From: an uncultured virus (IMG/VR IMGVR_UViG_3300021139_001059)
Lineage: Duplodnaviria > Heunggongvirae > Uroviricota > Caudoviricetes
DNA length: 64,000 nt
Direction: 5' to 3' (one strand)
IMG/VR virus record: IMGVR_UViG_3300021139_001059
Notes under the pieces: generated by a model
The model's input: only the letters and a program-made list of their open reading frames with translations
Told to the model about the DNA's origin: nothing
Database searches by the model: none
Made by a program: the position numbers and the translations under genes
In this document: positions 43,019 through 51,770 of the stretch, one piece after another
How positions within the stretch are numbered: position 1 is the first letter of the stretch
How the letters are laid out: the number at the start of each line of letters is the position of its first letter

Positions 43019-45631
43019 TTACTTGCTCCCCACTGCGAGCGCTGGATCTTTCTTGCCGAAGAGATAGGGAAAGTAGTGCGACAGCCAGTCGTCGCCGCCG
43101 TTCGAGGGAGTAGGCGCTTTCGTCTTGGGATCGCCGCCGCCCGTCTTGTCTTTCTCTTGTTCAGTAGTCTTTGGTGCGTACGCGTCGACTTGATAGCTAC
43201 GCGCGTCGGAAGCTGCCTGCGCTGCCTCTGCAGAAGCTTCTGGTCCCTGTATAGCGAGAGCAGCGTTTCTTGGAGTCAGCGCTCTTCCAGTAGTAGTGCC
43301 GTCTGGCTTCGGTACCGGAGGTCCGATATGCGAGATCGTTTCGCCGGCTTGCTGTCTGATGTCGTTGGTGCGAGTCGTCTCTAGCTGCTGTCTCTCTGCG
43401 GCTACTTTTGGTCCGTACGTGTCGCGAGTGTCTTGATCTAGCATGTCTGCAGTACGAAGCGCTTGGTCTCTCTCCGCGTTCTTTTCTACCTGAGCTCTGA
43501 AAGCAGTAGCTGCTGCCGCTCCCTCTTGCGCTTGTTCTGCTGCCGGATCTTTGCCTGCCCACAAGCTGTTTCCTACTGTAGGAGCTAGTATGTCTGGCAC
43601 GCGCGTCGGCATCGCCTTGACTGGCTTCGGCTTCGGAGCAGCTACGGTGATCGTCTTCTTGATCTTCGGTGGAGACATAGACAGCTCTAGCTGACGCTGC
43701 TTGTCTGCAGCAAAGAACGCTGCGGTGTCGTTCTCTCCGCGAGCTGCCATGTCTTGCGCTTTCTGGAACATCGCTCTCGACTTGGCGTGTCTGTCCCAGT
43801 TAGGATCGTCGATCTCTATCGTCTTAGTAGTGCTCTTCGGTGCCGGAGGCTTCGCTGCTTTCGTGTTCGTGACTCTAGCCGCTACCGCTGCTGCTGGAGG
43901 CTTAGGCTTGCCGCTCTCCTCGTGCATCGCTGCCTGCTGCTTCTCGACCATCCTACGCATCGGGTCTTGTATAGCAGAAGCGTTGACCGCAGCAGTGTGT
44001 TCTTGACCCCACTGCATGTCTTCTCTGTCGCGCTGGTCTAGTCTGTCTTTTTCTTTAGGGTTAGCTCCCGTGACCGAAGCTGCCTGTGTGGGAGCAGTCG
44101 TCTGAGAAGCTGTAGTAGAAGAGCTAGTAGAAGCAGCTGCTCCCACGAGTGCTCCAGCGTTAGCTATTCTCTGATTGAGCTCTGTTCCCTTCGAACGCTC
44201 GTACTGGCGATCGACTACCATAGCCGCTTCTTGTAGAGACTTAGTGTTCTTGAGTGCCGCGCCGGCTGCTCTCTCTGTGTTGTGTAGCTCCCAGTCAACG
44301 AACGCTAGCTGGTCTTCGAAAGCCGACTGAGAGAAGTCCTTGCCAGTAGCTTGCTTGAACAGCGCTCTTCTGTCGGCATGCCACTGAGCGATGCCCATAG
44401 CCTTTCCACCGTCGCCCACTGCTCCCGGATCGAGGTTACCACCAGACTCCTGTTGCAAGTTGCCGACGATCGCTGCTGCCTGTTCGTCTGTCCATCCCTT
44501 GCTCTTGAAGAAAGCCAACGCCTTCTTCGCGTTCTCTGAAGACCCTGCTGCTTTTGCCGCGCCCATGCCGGGAGTGATAGCAGAAGTACCGGCTCCAGTG
44601 TTCGTCGTAGAACCGGGAGTAGAAGATACAGATCCGCTAGCGCCGCCAGTCGCAGCAGCACCAGTAGAAGTACTCGTCGCGTTAGCAGAAGCCGGAGTCA
44701 CAGAGGAAGTACTTCCACCCGCTGCTTTCGTCTGCTGGTCTGTTCTAGCCTTAAGCTGCTGCATCTCCGAACGCTTCACGTCCTTAGCATCGATGGTCAG
44801 CTTGTCGACCTCGAACACTATAGACTTAGACTTGAACGACAGGCGATCGCTGTTGAACTCGAGACTCTTCTTCTCCTTGCTGCTAGCCGTCGTAGCCGTG
44901 ACGGGCGTGCGTGAGGAAGAGGGAGCAGAGGAGGGCGGCGGTGAAGTAGGCGTCGGGCCCGAAGGAGGAGGAGCAGAGGAGCTACTAGTAGGTCGCGCGC
45001 CCTGACTCGCTACAGAAGCAGCAGCTACTCCCGCGCCGCCGATCACAGCAGCGTTTCTGACTACGTTAGCTGTCGGAGTCTTAGCGACTGGACCGGGAAC
45101 GATAGACGGACCACGACCGCCAAAGAGACCGCCCTGACTTCTGACTATCTGTTCGATGCTAGACAGAAGGGTGATGCCCCTCGTCTGGAGCTGGATCTGC
45201 TGCTGGAGTAGATTGTTGTTGTCGCGTGTGACCTGCGCTACCGAGTTGACCCCGTATCTCGTGTCCTCTGCGTCTCGCTTGTAGTCGTTAGCTAGGTCGT
45301 CGGAAAGCTGGCCGTCTCCCTGAGGAGAAGTAGCTACACGCTTCTTCTCTGCTGCGTCGTACATCTCCTTGAAAGAGTCGACGAGGATCTTACGTAGCTC
45401 TTTGTTTCTCTGCGTCTCTTTCTTCGAGTACATGTCGTCGAAGATCTCACGGACGTCTTTCTTCGTGAGTATGCTCTTGCGCTGCTCTTCCTTGACGCGC
45501 TTGACTTCCTCGGCAGCAGCAGCCTGTTCTGCCTCTATCTGAGCAAGAGCTTCTGCTACCTGCTGCTGCGCTTTGCTGCCGCCCTCTTTCTGGATCTGAC
45601 GGAGGATGTCTTCGTTCGTCTGTTTAGCCAT
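43019..45631 (-). CDS. Tape-measure/hub-like protein with phage tail lysozyme domain
   Basis: FF.SKGWT..QAAAIVGNL.QESG...GIAQW...QL.FV..EL; coiled N-terminus. Confidence 0.75.
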   Translation of the reverse strand: MAKQTNEDILRQIQKEGGSKAQQQVAEALAQIEAEQAAAAEEVKRVKEEQRKSILTKKDVREIFDDMYSKKETQRNKELRKILVDSFKEMYDAAEKKRVATSPQGDGQLSDDLANDYKRDAEDTRYGVNSVAQVTRDNNNLLQQQIQLQTRGITLLSSIEQIVRSQGGLFGGRGPSIVPGPVAKTPTANVVRNAAVIGGAGVAAASVASQGARPTSSSSAPPPSGPTPTSPPPSSAPSSSRTPVTATTASSKEKKSLEFNSDRLSFKSKSIVFEVDKLTIDAKDVKRSEMQQLKARTDQQTKAAGGSTSSVTPASANATSTSTGAAATGGASGSVSSTPGSTTNTGAGTSAITPGMGAAKAAGSSENAKKALAFFKSKGWTDEQAAAIVGNLQQESGGNLDPGAVGDGGKAMGIAQWHADRRALFKQATGKDFSQSAFEDQLAFVDWELHNTERAAGAALKNTKSLQEAAMVVDRQYERSKGTELNQRIANAGALVGAAASTSSSTTASQTTAPTQAASVTGANPKEKDRLDQRDREDMQWGQEHTAAVNASAIQDPMRRMVEKQQAAMHEESGKPKPPAAAVAARVTNTKAAKPPAPKSTTKTIEIDDPNWDRHAKSRAMFQKAQDMAARGENDTAAFFAADKQRQLELSMSPPKIKKTITVAAPKPKPVKAMPTRVPDILAPTVGNSLWAGKDPAAEQAQEGAAAATAFRAQVEKNAERDQALRTADMLDQDTRDTYGPKVAAERQQLETTRTNDIRQQAGETISHIGPPVPKPDGTTTGRALTPRNAALAIQGPEASAEAAQAASDARSYQVDAYAPKTTEQEKDKTGGGDPKTKAPTPSNGGDDWLSHYFPYLFGKKDPALAVGSK

Positions 45632-45815
45632 TCGCTAGTCTCTGCTTCTCTTCTTGCTCTCTGATAAATGCCATCAACATATCGACGTATATATCACGCT
45701 CGAAGACGATCAAGTTCTCGATCTCAGAGATCTGATATTTATGATGCTGAGCCAGAGAGAAGACTGTCTGATAGTAGTTCTCTAGAGTGTTATGACTCAG
45801 CGTAAGGTAAAAAAA
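45624..45815 (-). CDS. 51: Baseplate hub assembly catalyst gp51-like, no AUG start (probable -1 frameshift product of gp26)
   Basis: LSHNTLENYYQTVFSLAQHHKYQISEIENLIVFERDIYVDML; frame opens at the 7-T run. Confidence 0.75.
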   Translation of the reverse strand, partial: FFYLTLSHNTLENYYQTVFSLAQHHKYQISEIENLIVFERDIYVDMLMAFIREQEEKQRLANG

Positions 45816-46513
45816 TCAGATAACGTCGTCAACTCGATAGACTTGTTGGTGCCCTTCGAGTTCTGATACTCTAGCTTATAGTACAGAGTCGGAAGGTTAG
45901 TCATGTAGTCCCTGACCTTGTCGAACGACTTGATGTCCATCAGCTCGATGAACTCGAGAAGATCGTCCTCCGAGAAGTCTCTGCCCTCGTAGACGTTGTC
46001 GCCGTCGTAGATCTGTCCGATACAACGCACCACTAAACGATAGAAAGACTCGTCTCCTACAGACTTAAGGAAAGTCTTGTCGTTGTAGATCTCTGCAGCC
46101 GGCCACTGCATCACGATGCCAGACGTGTCAGTAATAGCTACTCTGTCTTCTACGTTCTCTGGATACTTGATCTCTACCTTCTTCAGGTCGACGTCGAAGT
46201 CGTACACCTTGCTGTCCTCGAAGTCGCGGTAAGAGACCTTGATGTTGTCGCCGATAGAGAAGCCACGAAGACGAACGAACAAGTACTCCAACACAAACAG
46301 CGGGATCTTGTCGACGTCGAAGTTGGGATCGAGACAGCAGTTGTTGACTACCTGCTTGATAGCCGCTAACATGTCAGTCTGCTCGTCGCTGACTTTCGCC
46401 ATCAGCAACAGCTTCTCCTCTTTCACCAGCATCGGACGGAACATGCAGTTCACGTACTTCGTGTTGGGAACAGACAGAGTGATAGTGGGATACGAGATCT
46501 TAGGAAGTGCCAT
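45797..46513 (-). CDS. 26: Baseplate hub subunit/chaperone gp26-like
   Basis: MALPKI..P, FRP.LVKEEK.LL.A, EYLF..LR..SIG, C-terminal L.DFF. Confidence 0.85.
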   Translation of the reverse strand: MALPKISYPTITLSVPNTKYVNCMFRPMLVKEEKLLLMAKVSDEQTDMLAAIKQVVNNCCLDPNFDVDKIPLFVLEYLFVRLRGFSIGDNIKVSYRDFEDSKVYDFDVDLKKVEIKYPENVEDRVAITDTSGIVMQWPAAEIYNDKTFLKSVGDESFYRLVVRCIGQIYDGDNVYEGRDFSEDDLLEFIELMDIKSFDKVRDYMTNLPTLYYKLEYQNSKGTNKSIELTTLSDFFTLR

Positions 46514-46535
46514 ATTATACTCCAGTAGTTAATGA

Positions 46536-47249
46536 TTACCCGAACGTGTTGGGTGTATTCACGATGCCGAGATTGCTCTGAACGTTCTGTGAAGTCTCGA
46601 GCGTAGTGCCGAAGTCATCGAGAGACCACTCTCTGAAAGTGATCTTAGTAGTGACCTTCAGCAAGCCGTCGCGGTCAGCCCAACTTACAGGGATGTCGTT
46701 GATCGCGATCGGAAATGCCTTGTAGAGAGTGTAGACCAAGACGGGATCTCCGCCGTTGTCATACACCGTGATGATGATAGTAGCAGAGTAGTTGTCCTTA
46801 TACTCCGTCGTATAGAACTTTCTGTTGCCGTTTATGTTAGAGACGACAGACCCGCCAGCACTGCTGCCAGCTACCTGACCAGTCACGCTGAAAACGTTGT
46901 TGATCCATCCGTACAAGAAAGAATACTGGTCGCCGTAGCGATCTGACAAGAACGTCAGGTCCATGTCGGTGTAGTTGCCGCTGAAAGGCATCTTCTCTAA
47001 AACGCCGACGCCGAATCGATTCACGTCGGTCGTACGCAACGCTATACCCGGAAGAGAAGCGTTGATGCATCTGAACATCATGTCGTCTGTGATCTGACTA
47101 GAAGACGCGCCCTGCGTCGTAGCCGAAGACAAGAAAGATCTTCCCATCGGCGAACCAGCAGGAAACACGATCTGAACGTCGTACTTGTTGTTCTGAAGGA
47201 CGCCGCCGTCTTCGATATATGCCTTGAACTCTTCGATGTCGAATGCCAT
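46536..47249 (-). CDS. Tail tube initiator gp54-like
   Basis: N.Y.V, C..ASLPG, L..AFP..I..I..SW; synteny. Confidence 0.65.
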   Translation of the reverse strand: MAFDIEEFKAYIEDGGVLQNNKYDVQIVFPAGSPMGRSFLSSATTQGASSSQITDDMMFRCINASLPGIALRTTDVNRFGVGVLEKMPFSGNYTDMDLTFLSDRYGDQYSFLYGWINNVFSVTGQVAGSSAGGSVVSNINGNRKFYTTEYKDNYSATIIITVYDNGGDPVLVYTLYKAFPIAINDIPVSWADRDGLLKVTTKITFREWSLDDFGTTLETSQNVQSNLGIVNTPNTFG

Positions 47250-47839
47250 TAGATCCTCTTAGCAGACTCTGCTTGTACGTATGATTTTCTAGCGCCCTGA
47301 AATCTCTCGATCGGTAACATCAACGCTACGTCCCACTCGTCTGGATTTATATAGAGAAACGGCGACTTCACGTGATCGAACAAATATCTCTTGATACATG
47401 GAATAGCAGAACTAAACGCCGACATGCCCTTCAGTATCCTATAAGAGATCCTCAGCTGCGTAGTCTGATCATACTTCTTATTATTTATCGTGTCGTAGAG
47501 AGCGTCCATCAACTTAGCGCGAAGCATCGGCGGAAGATAGTGCATGTTGATACCAAGAAATCCGTCGCCGTAGATCTCGATAGGAAACACGAGTGGATAA
47601 GTGTCGTAGTAGGGAAGGATCTCTTTTAATTTGGGATCGTAGTTGAACAAGAACATCTGACCGATAGAGTCGTCTGTGATGCGACCCTTTCTGTTGACGT
47701 CTGCTGCTTTGTTGATGATGTTCTGTGGTTTTACCGAACGAACAGACAAAGCTTTCTGACGAAACCAGTCCATCGACTTAGCGGGATCTTTGCCTGCAGC
47801 TTTACCCTTGTTTAGTATGTTCTGAAAAGTTGATGCCAT
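47249..47839 (-). CDS. 2: DNA end protector gp2
   Basis: F.YDPK.K..LPYYD.YPL, GFLG.N.HYLP...R, KRYL..HV. Confidence 0.88.
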   Translation of the reverse strand: MASTFQNILNKGKAAGKDPAKSMDWFRQKALSVRSVKPQNIINKAADVNRKGRITDDSIGQMFLFNYDPKLKEILPYYDTYPLVFPIEIYGDGFLGINMHYLPPMLRAKLMDALYDTINNKKYDQTTQLRISYRILKGMSAFSSAIPCIKRYLFDHVKSPFLYINPDEWDVALMLPIERFQGARKSYVQAESAKRI

Positions 47840-48288
47840 TAGAAGGACAGACCCAATTCTTTCTCTGTTAGTATGATGAACTCGTACCCACGATCTTTAC
47901 AGTATTTAGTCGCCGCTTTCCACTTCGCTTCGTTAACTCCCCACGTCATCACTTCTTGTATGTAGCGTCTATTATTCTTCTTGCTCTCGTTGACGACCGG
48001 AGGCTTAGTCTGAGAAGATGGCTTCACTTCTATGATAGCAGTCTTGAACTTTCCGTCAGCCGTCTTCATGTAGACCGTAAAGTCAGTGAAGTACCTGTGA
48101 TAGCGATTGTCGATCGGCGACTTATAAGGAATGACCGTCTCTTCGCTCTGCCACCAGATCACGTTAGGATCCGTATCAAACCTGCCCATGACTATCAGTT
48201 CCCATCTCGATCTATAAATAATGTTGGTCGGATCACCACGATACTTTTGCGGATTCTTGGGCTTAAAGAAGCCCTTGTATGTGTTCAT
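47839..48288 (-). CDS. 4: Head completion nuclease gp4
   Basis: P.NP.KY.GD...I.YRS.WE, HRYF.DF, IEVKP, N.AKW.AA. Confidence 0.92.
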   Translation of the reverse strand: MNTYKGFFKPKNPQKYRGDPTNIIYRSRWELIVMGRFDTDPNVIWWQSEETVIPYKSPIDNRYHRYFTDFTVYMKTADGKFKTAIIEVKPSSQTKPPVVNESKKNNRRYIQEVMTWGVNEAKWKAATKYCKDRGYEFIILTEKELGLSF

Positions 48289-48302
48289 GTTCCTGCACGA
48301 TC

Positions 48303-48328
48303 TATAAATAACTTACAAAGTATTTATA
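48303..48328. promoter_or_regulatory. Overlapping oppositely oriented T4-type late promoters
   Basis: TATAAATA (+, 48303-48310) and TATTTATA (-, 48321-48328) between divergent genes 4 and 48. Confidence 0.75.
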
Positions 48329-48338
48329 AGGGATTCTA

Positions 48339-49325
48339 ATGGCCGACGCCACGCTACCCACACCAGTAACCACTATCTCACAGAACGATATATCTGCACA
48401 AAACGGTATAACACCCGTTTCTCAGAGCATGTCTTTTCCAGATGGATTGAGTACTCAAGACTTCTGGATCTCGATGAGTTTCTTCGAGTATCAGAGACCT
48501 ACTTTCGCTGGTAATCCTATCTTGACACAGTCTGGTGGAACTGGTACTATTCGTTTACCATTGCCTAATCAGATGATCGATAGTCAACGCGTCACTTATG
48601 GCGAAGAGAGTCTAAGCGCAGCGATCGGTGCTGGTATCAATCAATATTCTGGCGGTAGAGCGGGAACAGCAGATCTTTCTTCTCTTGCTGCTACTGCAGG
48701 CGCAGCGAGTTTTGGTGCATTAACTGGCGGTGCTGCAAATCTAGCAAATTTTGCAGGCGGACCAAATGCTGCAGCAGCAGTAGGTCAACTAGCTGGTGTA
48801 GCACTAAATCCCTGGTTGACAGTCATGTTCAAGAGTCCAGCTTATCGCCAATACAGTATGACTTGGAGACTCTCTGCGACTAATCCAGGGGAATCTGCAA
48901 CGATCAACAACATCATCAACACTATCAAGTTTAACATGCTTCCCGATTCGTCTGATGCTATAGGCGGTACACTATTGACTTATCCTAACATCGTTCAAAT
49001 CACAGCGAGTCAGGCTTCGACAGGTTTTTGGAACTATCTGTTCAAACCAGCAGTCATCGAAAACTTTTCTGTCAACTATGCACCGTCTGGTCAACCGTCT
49101 TTCTTTAATAATACTAACGCTCCTACTGACGTTGAGATTACTATTCAGTTTCATGAAATCGAGTTCTTCTTACAGAGAGACTACGGAAATCAGCAGAACG
49201 GTGGATTGGCTGCTATCGGTGTTGTTAATGGAATATCTAATGCTTTAACTGGTATTGGCAATAATTTGCAACAGCAGTATACTAATCCTCCAACTATAAC
49301 TACTACGACAGACACTCTCGGATAA
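48339..49325 (+). CDS. 48: Baseplate tail tube cap gp48-like
   Basis: I.LPLP, NP...V.FK.P..R, L.YP, VNYAP.G, F.EIE. Confidence 0.75.
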   Translation: MADATLPTPVTTISQNDISAQNGITPVSQSMSFPDGLSTQDFWISMSFFEYQRPTFAGNPILTQSGGTGTIRLPLPNQMIDSQRVTYGEESLSAAIGAGINQYSGGRAGTADLSSLAATAGAASFGALTGGAANLANFAGGPNAAAAVGQLAGVALNPWLTVMFKSPAYRQYSMTWRLSATNPGESATINNIINTIKFNMLPDSSDAIGGTLLTYPNIVQITASQASTGFWNYLFKPAVIENFSVNYAPSGQPSFFNNTNAPTDVEITIQFHEIEFFLQRDYGNQQNGGLAAIGVVNGISNALTGIGNNLQQQYTNPPTITTTTDTLG

Positions 49326-49330
49326 AATTC

Positions 49331-50227
49331 ATGGCCGGTCAAACATACTTCGCTAATTTTAATCAAATTCAGTATTCGAATAATACAATCGTCGATATTA
49401 CTGAACGTGTCGTCGATTTGAAGAATATGTTGAATAATCCATACATCTACTATCCAGTCGACATCTCTCAGGGTGTTAGACCAGATATGCTTGCATATAC
49501 AAACTATTCTGATCCCTACACTAGCTGGTTGATATATCTTTCAAATAACATCATTGATCCATACTATGATTGGTATCTTACCAACAGAGAGTTTAATAAC
49601 TACATCAAAGACAAATACGGTTCTGTACAATCAGCGATGTTAAAAGTATCTTACTACATCAATAACTATGTAGATCAGCCGACTATTCAAATCGCAGACT
49701 TTAATGCTCTCACTCCTCTACAGAAGACTTACTACGAACCCAACTACTACGGTAGTAACTTTATCGTAGACTATAGCAGAAGAAAAGAAGACTGGAAAGC
49801 TTCGACTAATTTTATTCTTTCGATAGGATATACTGGCAATTCTGCTTTTATTCCAGACGAAGTAGTCAACATATCTTATATTTCTGGATCGAGCGGAAGA
49901 GCACAAGTAGTGCAGTCAAACTCTTCTGTCTGTATCGTTCAACACATCTATGGTGACGCTTATCCTGCACCAAACAATCCTAATACTGCTATCGTCATCG
50001 GTGGTTCGAGCTACATGTACGGCACTGAATCAGGATCGAACGTAACTATTACTAGTTGTTCTTTTGTGGCAAATAATATCCCAGCAGATGTCCAAGCATA
50101 CTATACGCCAATAACATATTATAACACAGAAGTCGAAAAAAATGAAGGTAATAAAATAGTCAATATGCTTCAGCCGACTTATGTTCCTGGTTTTATCAAA
50201 AACTTTAAAGATTTGATTGGTGCTTAA
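49331..50227 (+). CDS. 53: Baseplate wedge gp53-like
   Basis: YF.NF..I.Y, G.RPD.LA...Y.D....W.I...N.I.DPY.DW. Confidence 0.8.
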   Translation: MAGQTYFANFNQIQYSNNTIVDITERVVDLKNMLNNPYIYYPVDISQGVRPDMLAYTNYSDPYTSWLIYLSNNIIDPYYDWYLTNREFNNYIKDKYGSVQSAMLKVSYYINNYVDQPTIQIADFNALTPLQKTYYEPNYYGSNFIVDYSRRKEDWKASTNFILSIGYTGNSAFIPDEVVNISYISGSSGRAQVVQSNSSVCIVQHIYGDAYPAPNNPNTAIVIGGSSYMYGTESGSNVTITSCSFVANNIPADVQAYYTPITYYNTEVEKNEGNKIVNMLQPTYVPGFIKNFKDLIGA

Positions 50228-51456
50228 TGGCTAGTTATAATCCCGGTGACATCTTTATCGATGCAGTTACTATCAACTCACCAAGAACTTCTGGTGTAAA
50301 TCTTGCAAGAAACTTTTTGCAAGCTGACGTGACCGAGACTATCTTTACTCCGGGTTGCATAGCTCAGATCAAAGTAGTCGATATGGACAACTATCTCGGA
50401 CAGCTAAAGATCACGGGCGACGAGTCAGTAACTTTTACTATTCGTAAGCCTAACGGTGGAACTGCAAACTATCAGATGCATTTGAATAGAGTCATCGAAG
50501 GTGAAATACTTGCTTCTATGAAAGCTAAGACATACACTCTCGATTGTATATCTCGTGAAGTCTTACACGGTCAGACTAAACAAGTTCAGAAAGCATATAA
50601 TAAACCGATTCATTCGATCGTCGAAGATATTTTTGGTATGTTGGGTAGTTCTTTACCAATCAATACGAAACCTACAAAGGGCAATCGTAATATCAAGATC
50701 CCTAATAAACCCTTATTTCATGCTATCGAAGATCTTCGTAAGCAAGCAGTATCACAGAATAGTTTATCTTCTAACTATATGTTTTGGCAGACACACAGCG
50801 GATTCAATTTCATGTCGATCGAAGATATGTTTTCTGGTGGGGACGTAAAGACTTTTAAACAAGAAAATACTGTCGGTCATTCTATGTTCAGTGATGTAGA
50901 TACAAACATACTTGCATGGAATTTAAAACAGAGTATGGATGCTATCAATCGTATTCATGCTGGTGCACTAAAACAACGTGTAGCTACGTTTGATACTCAT
51001 ACTAATACGTTTAAGTGGAAAGATATAGTGCCAGATCTTTCTAAGTTCAATAATCTTGGTAAGGGTCTATTGATTACTTCGGCGTTTATAAATCTATTTT
51101 CACAGGGTAACAGCAATAGAACTGTGTTTAGATATGTCAATCATAATAAAGATTTGAATATCGATCCTACTCATGTACCAGATACTATTCCACATAAGAT
51201 GGCAAATCTTGCGCAGATGCAAGAACAATTGCTTCACATGACTGTTATTGGTGACACAGTACTTGAAGCAGGTAAAACTATATACAATAACATTCCAGAA
51301 GTGACTTCAGTGTCCGGTAACATGAATCCAGATCCACAAGCACATGGTAGATGGTTAATTTCTAAAGTACAACATGAAATCAGATCAGCAGAAGTAAGAC
51401 CTCGTTGGGTCTCACATCTAGAGTGTCTGAAAGGAGCTTATGAGGACAGCGTATGA
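50227..51456 (+). CDS. Baseplate hub protein (gp27-like position)
   Basis: Between 53 and 5; Y.FWQT..GFNF.S.E, G.WLI..V.H. Confidence 0.6.
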   Translation: MASYNPGDIFIDAVTINSPRTSGVNLARNFLQADVTETIFTPGCIAQIKVVDMDNYLGQLKITGDESVTFTIRKPNGGTANYQMHLNRVIEGEILASMKAKTYTLDCISREVLHGQTKQVQKAYNKPIHSIVEDIFGMLGSSLPINTKPTKGNRNIKIPNKPLFHAIEDLRKQAVSQNSLSSNYMFWQTHSGFNFMSIEDMFSGGDVKTFKQENTVGHSMFSDVDTNILAWNLKQSMDAINRIHAGALKQRVATFDTHTNTFKWKDIVPDLSKFNNLGKGLLITSAFINLFSQGNSNRTVFRYVNHNKDLNIDPTHVPDTIPHKMANLAQMQEQLLHMTVIGDTVLEAGKTIYNNIPEVTSVSGNMNPDPQAHGRWLISKVQHEIRSAEVRPRWVSHLECLKGAYEDSV

Positions 51457-51770
51457 CAGAACAAGCAGGTGCATCTAATATATGGGTAGGCGAAGTACGA
51501 GACATTCGTGATCCTAATGAAGGTGGAAAAGTAAAGATCATCATTCACGGCATTCATAACGTTGGTCCAGATCCTATTCCAGACGATGATCTACCGTGGG
51601 CACACTGTGTCATGAACAATTCTCCATCGCTTAACAAGATGGGTGATTCTGTACAGTATGTTGCTGGTTCGACCGTTATTGGTCTGACAGTCGACGGTCC
51701 TGATAATAGTCAGATTCATTATGTATTGGGTAGCGTACACAGAGGACAGCTTCCGCTGAGTGGTGACTAA
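51453..51770 (+). CDS. gp5 N-terminal OB-fold-like, stand-alone
   Basis: W.GEV.D..DP...G.VK..I.G.H......DLPWA...G..V.G...D...VLGS. Confidence 0.75.
   Translation: MTEQAGASNIWVGEVRDIRDPNEGGKVKIIIHGIHNVGPDPIPDDDLPWAHCVMNNSPSLNKMGDSVQYVAGSTVIGLTVDGPDNSQIHYVLGSVHRGQLPLSGD

Noticed and set aside
40104..45005. Many alternative-frame ORFs in the GC-rich zone
   Set aside because: Expected from low stop-codon density; no motifs; mostly overlap supported minus-strand genes
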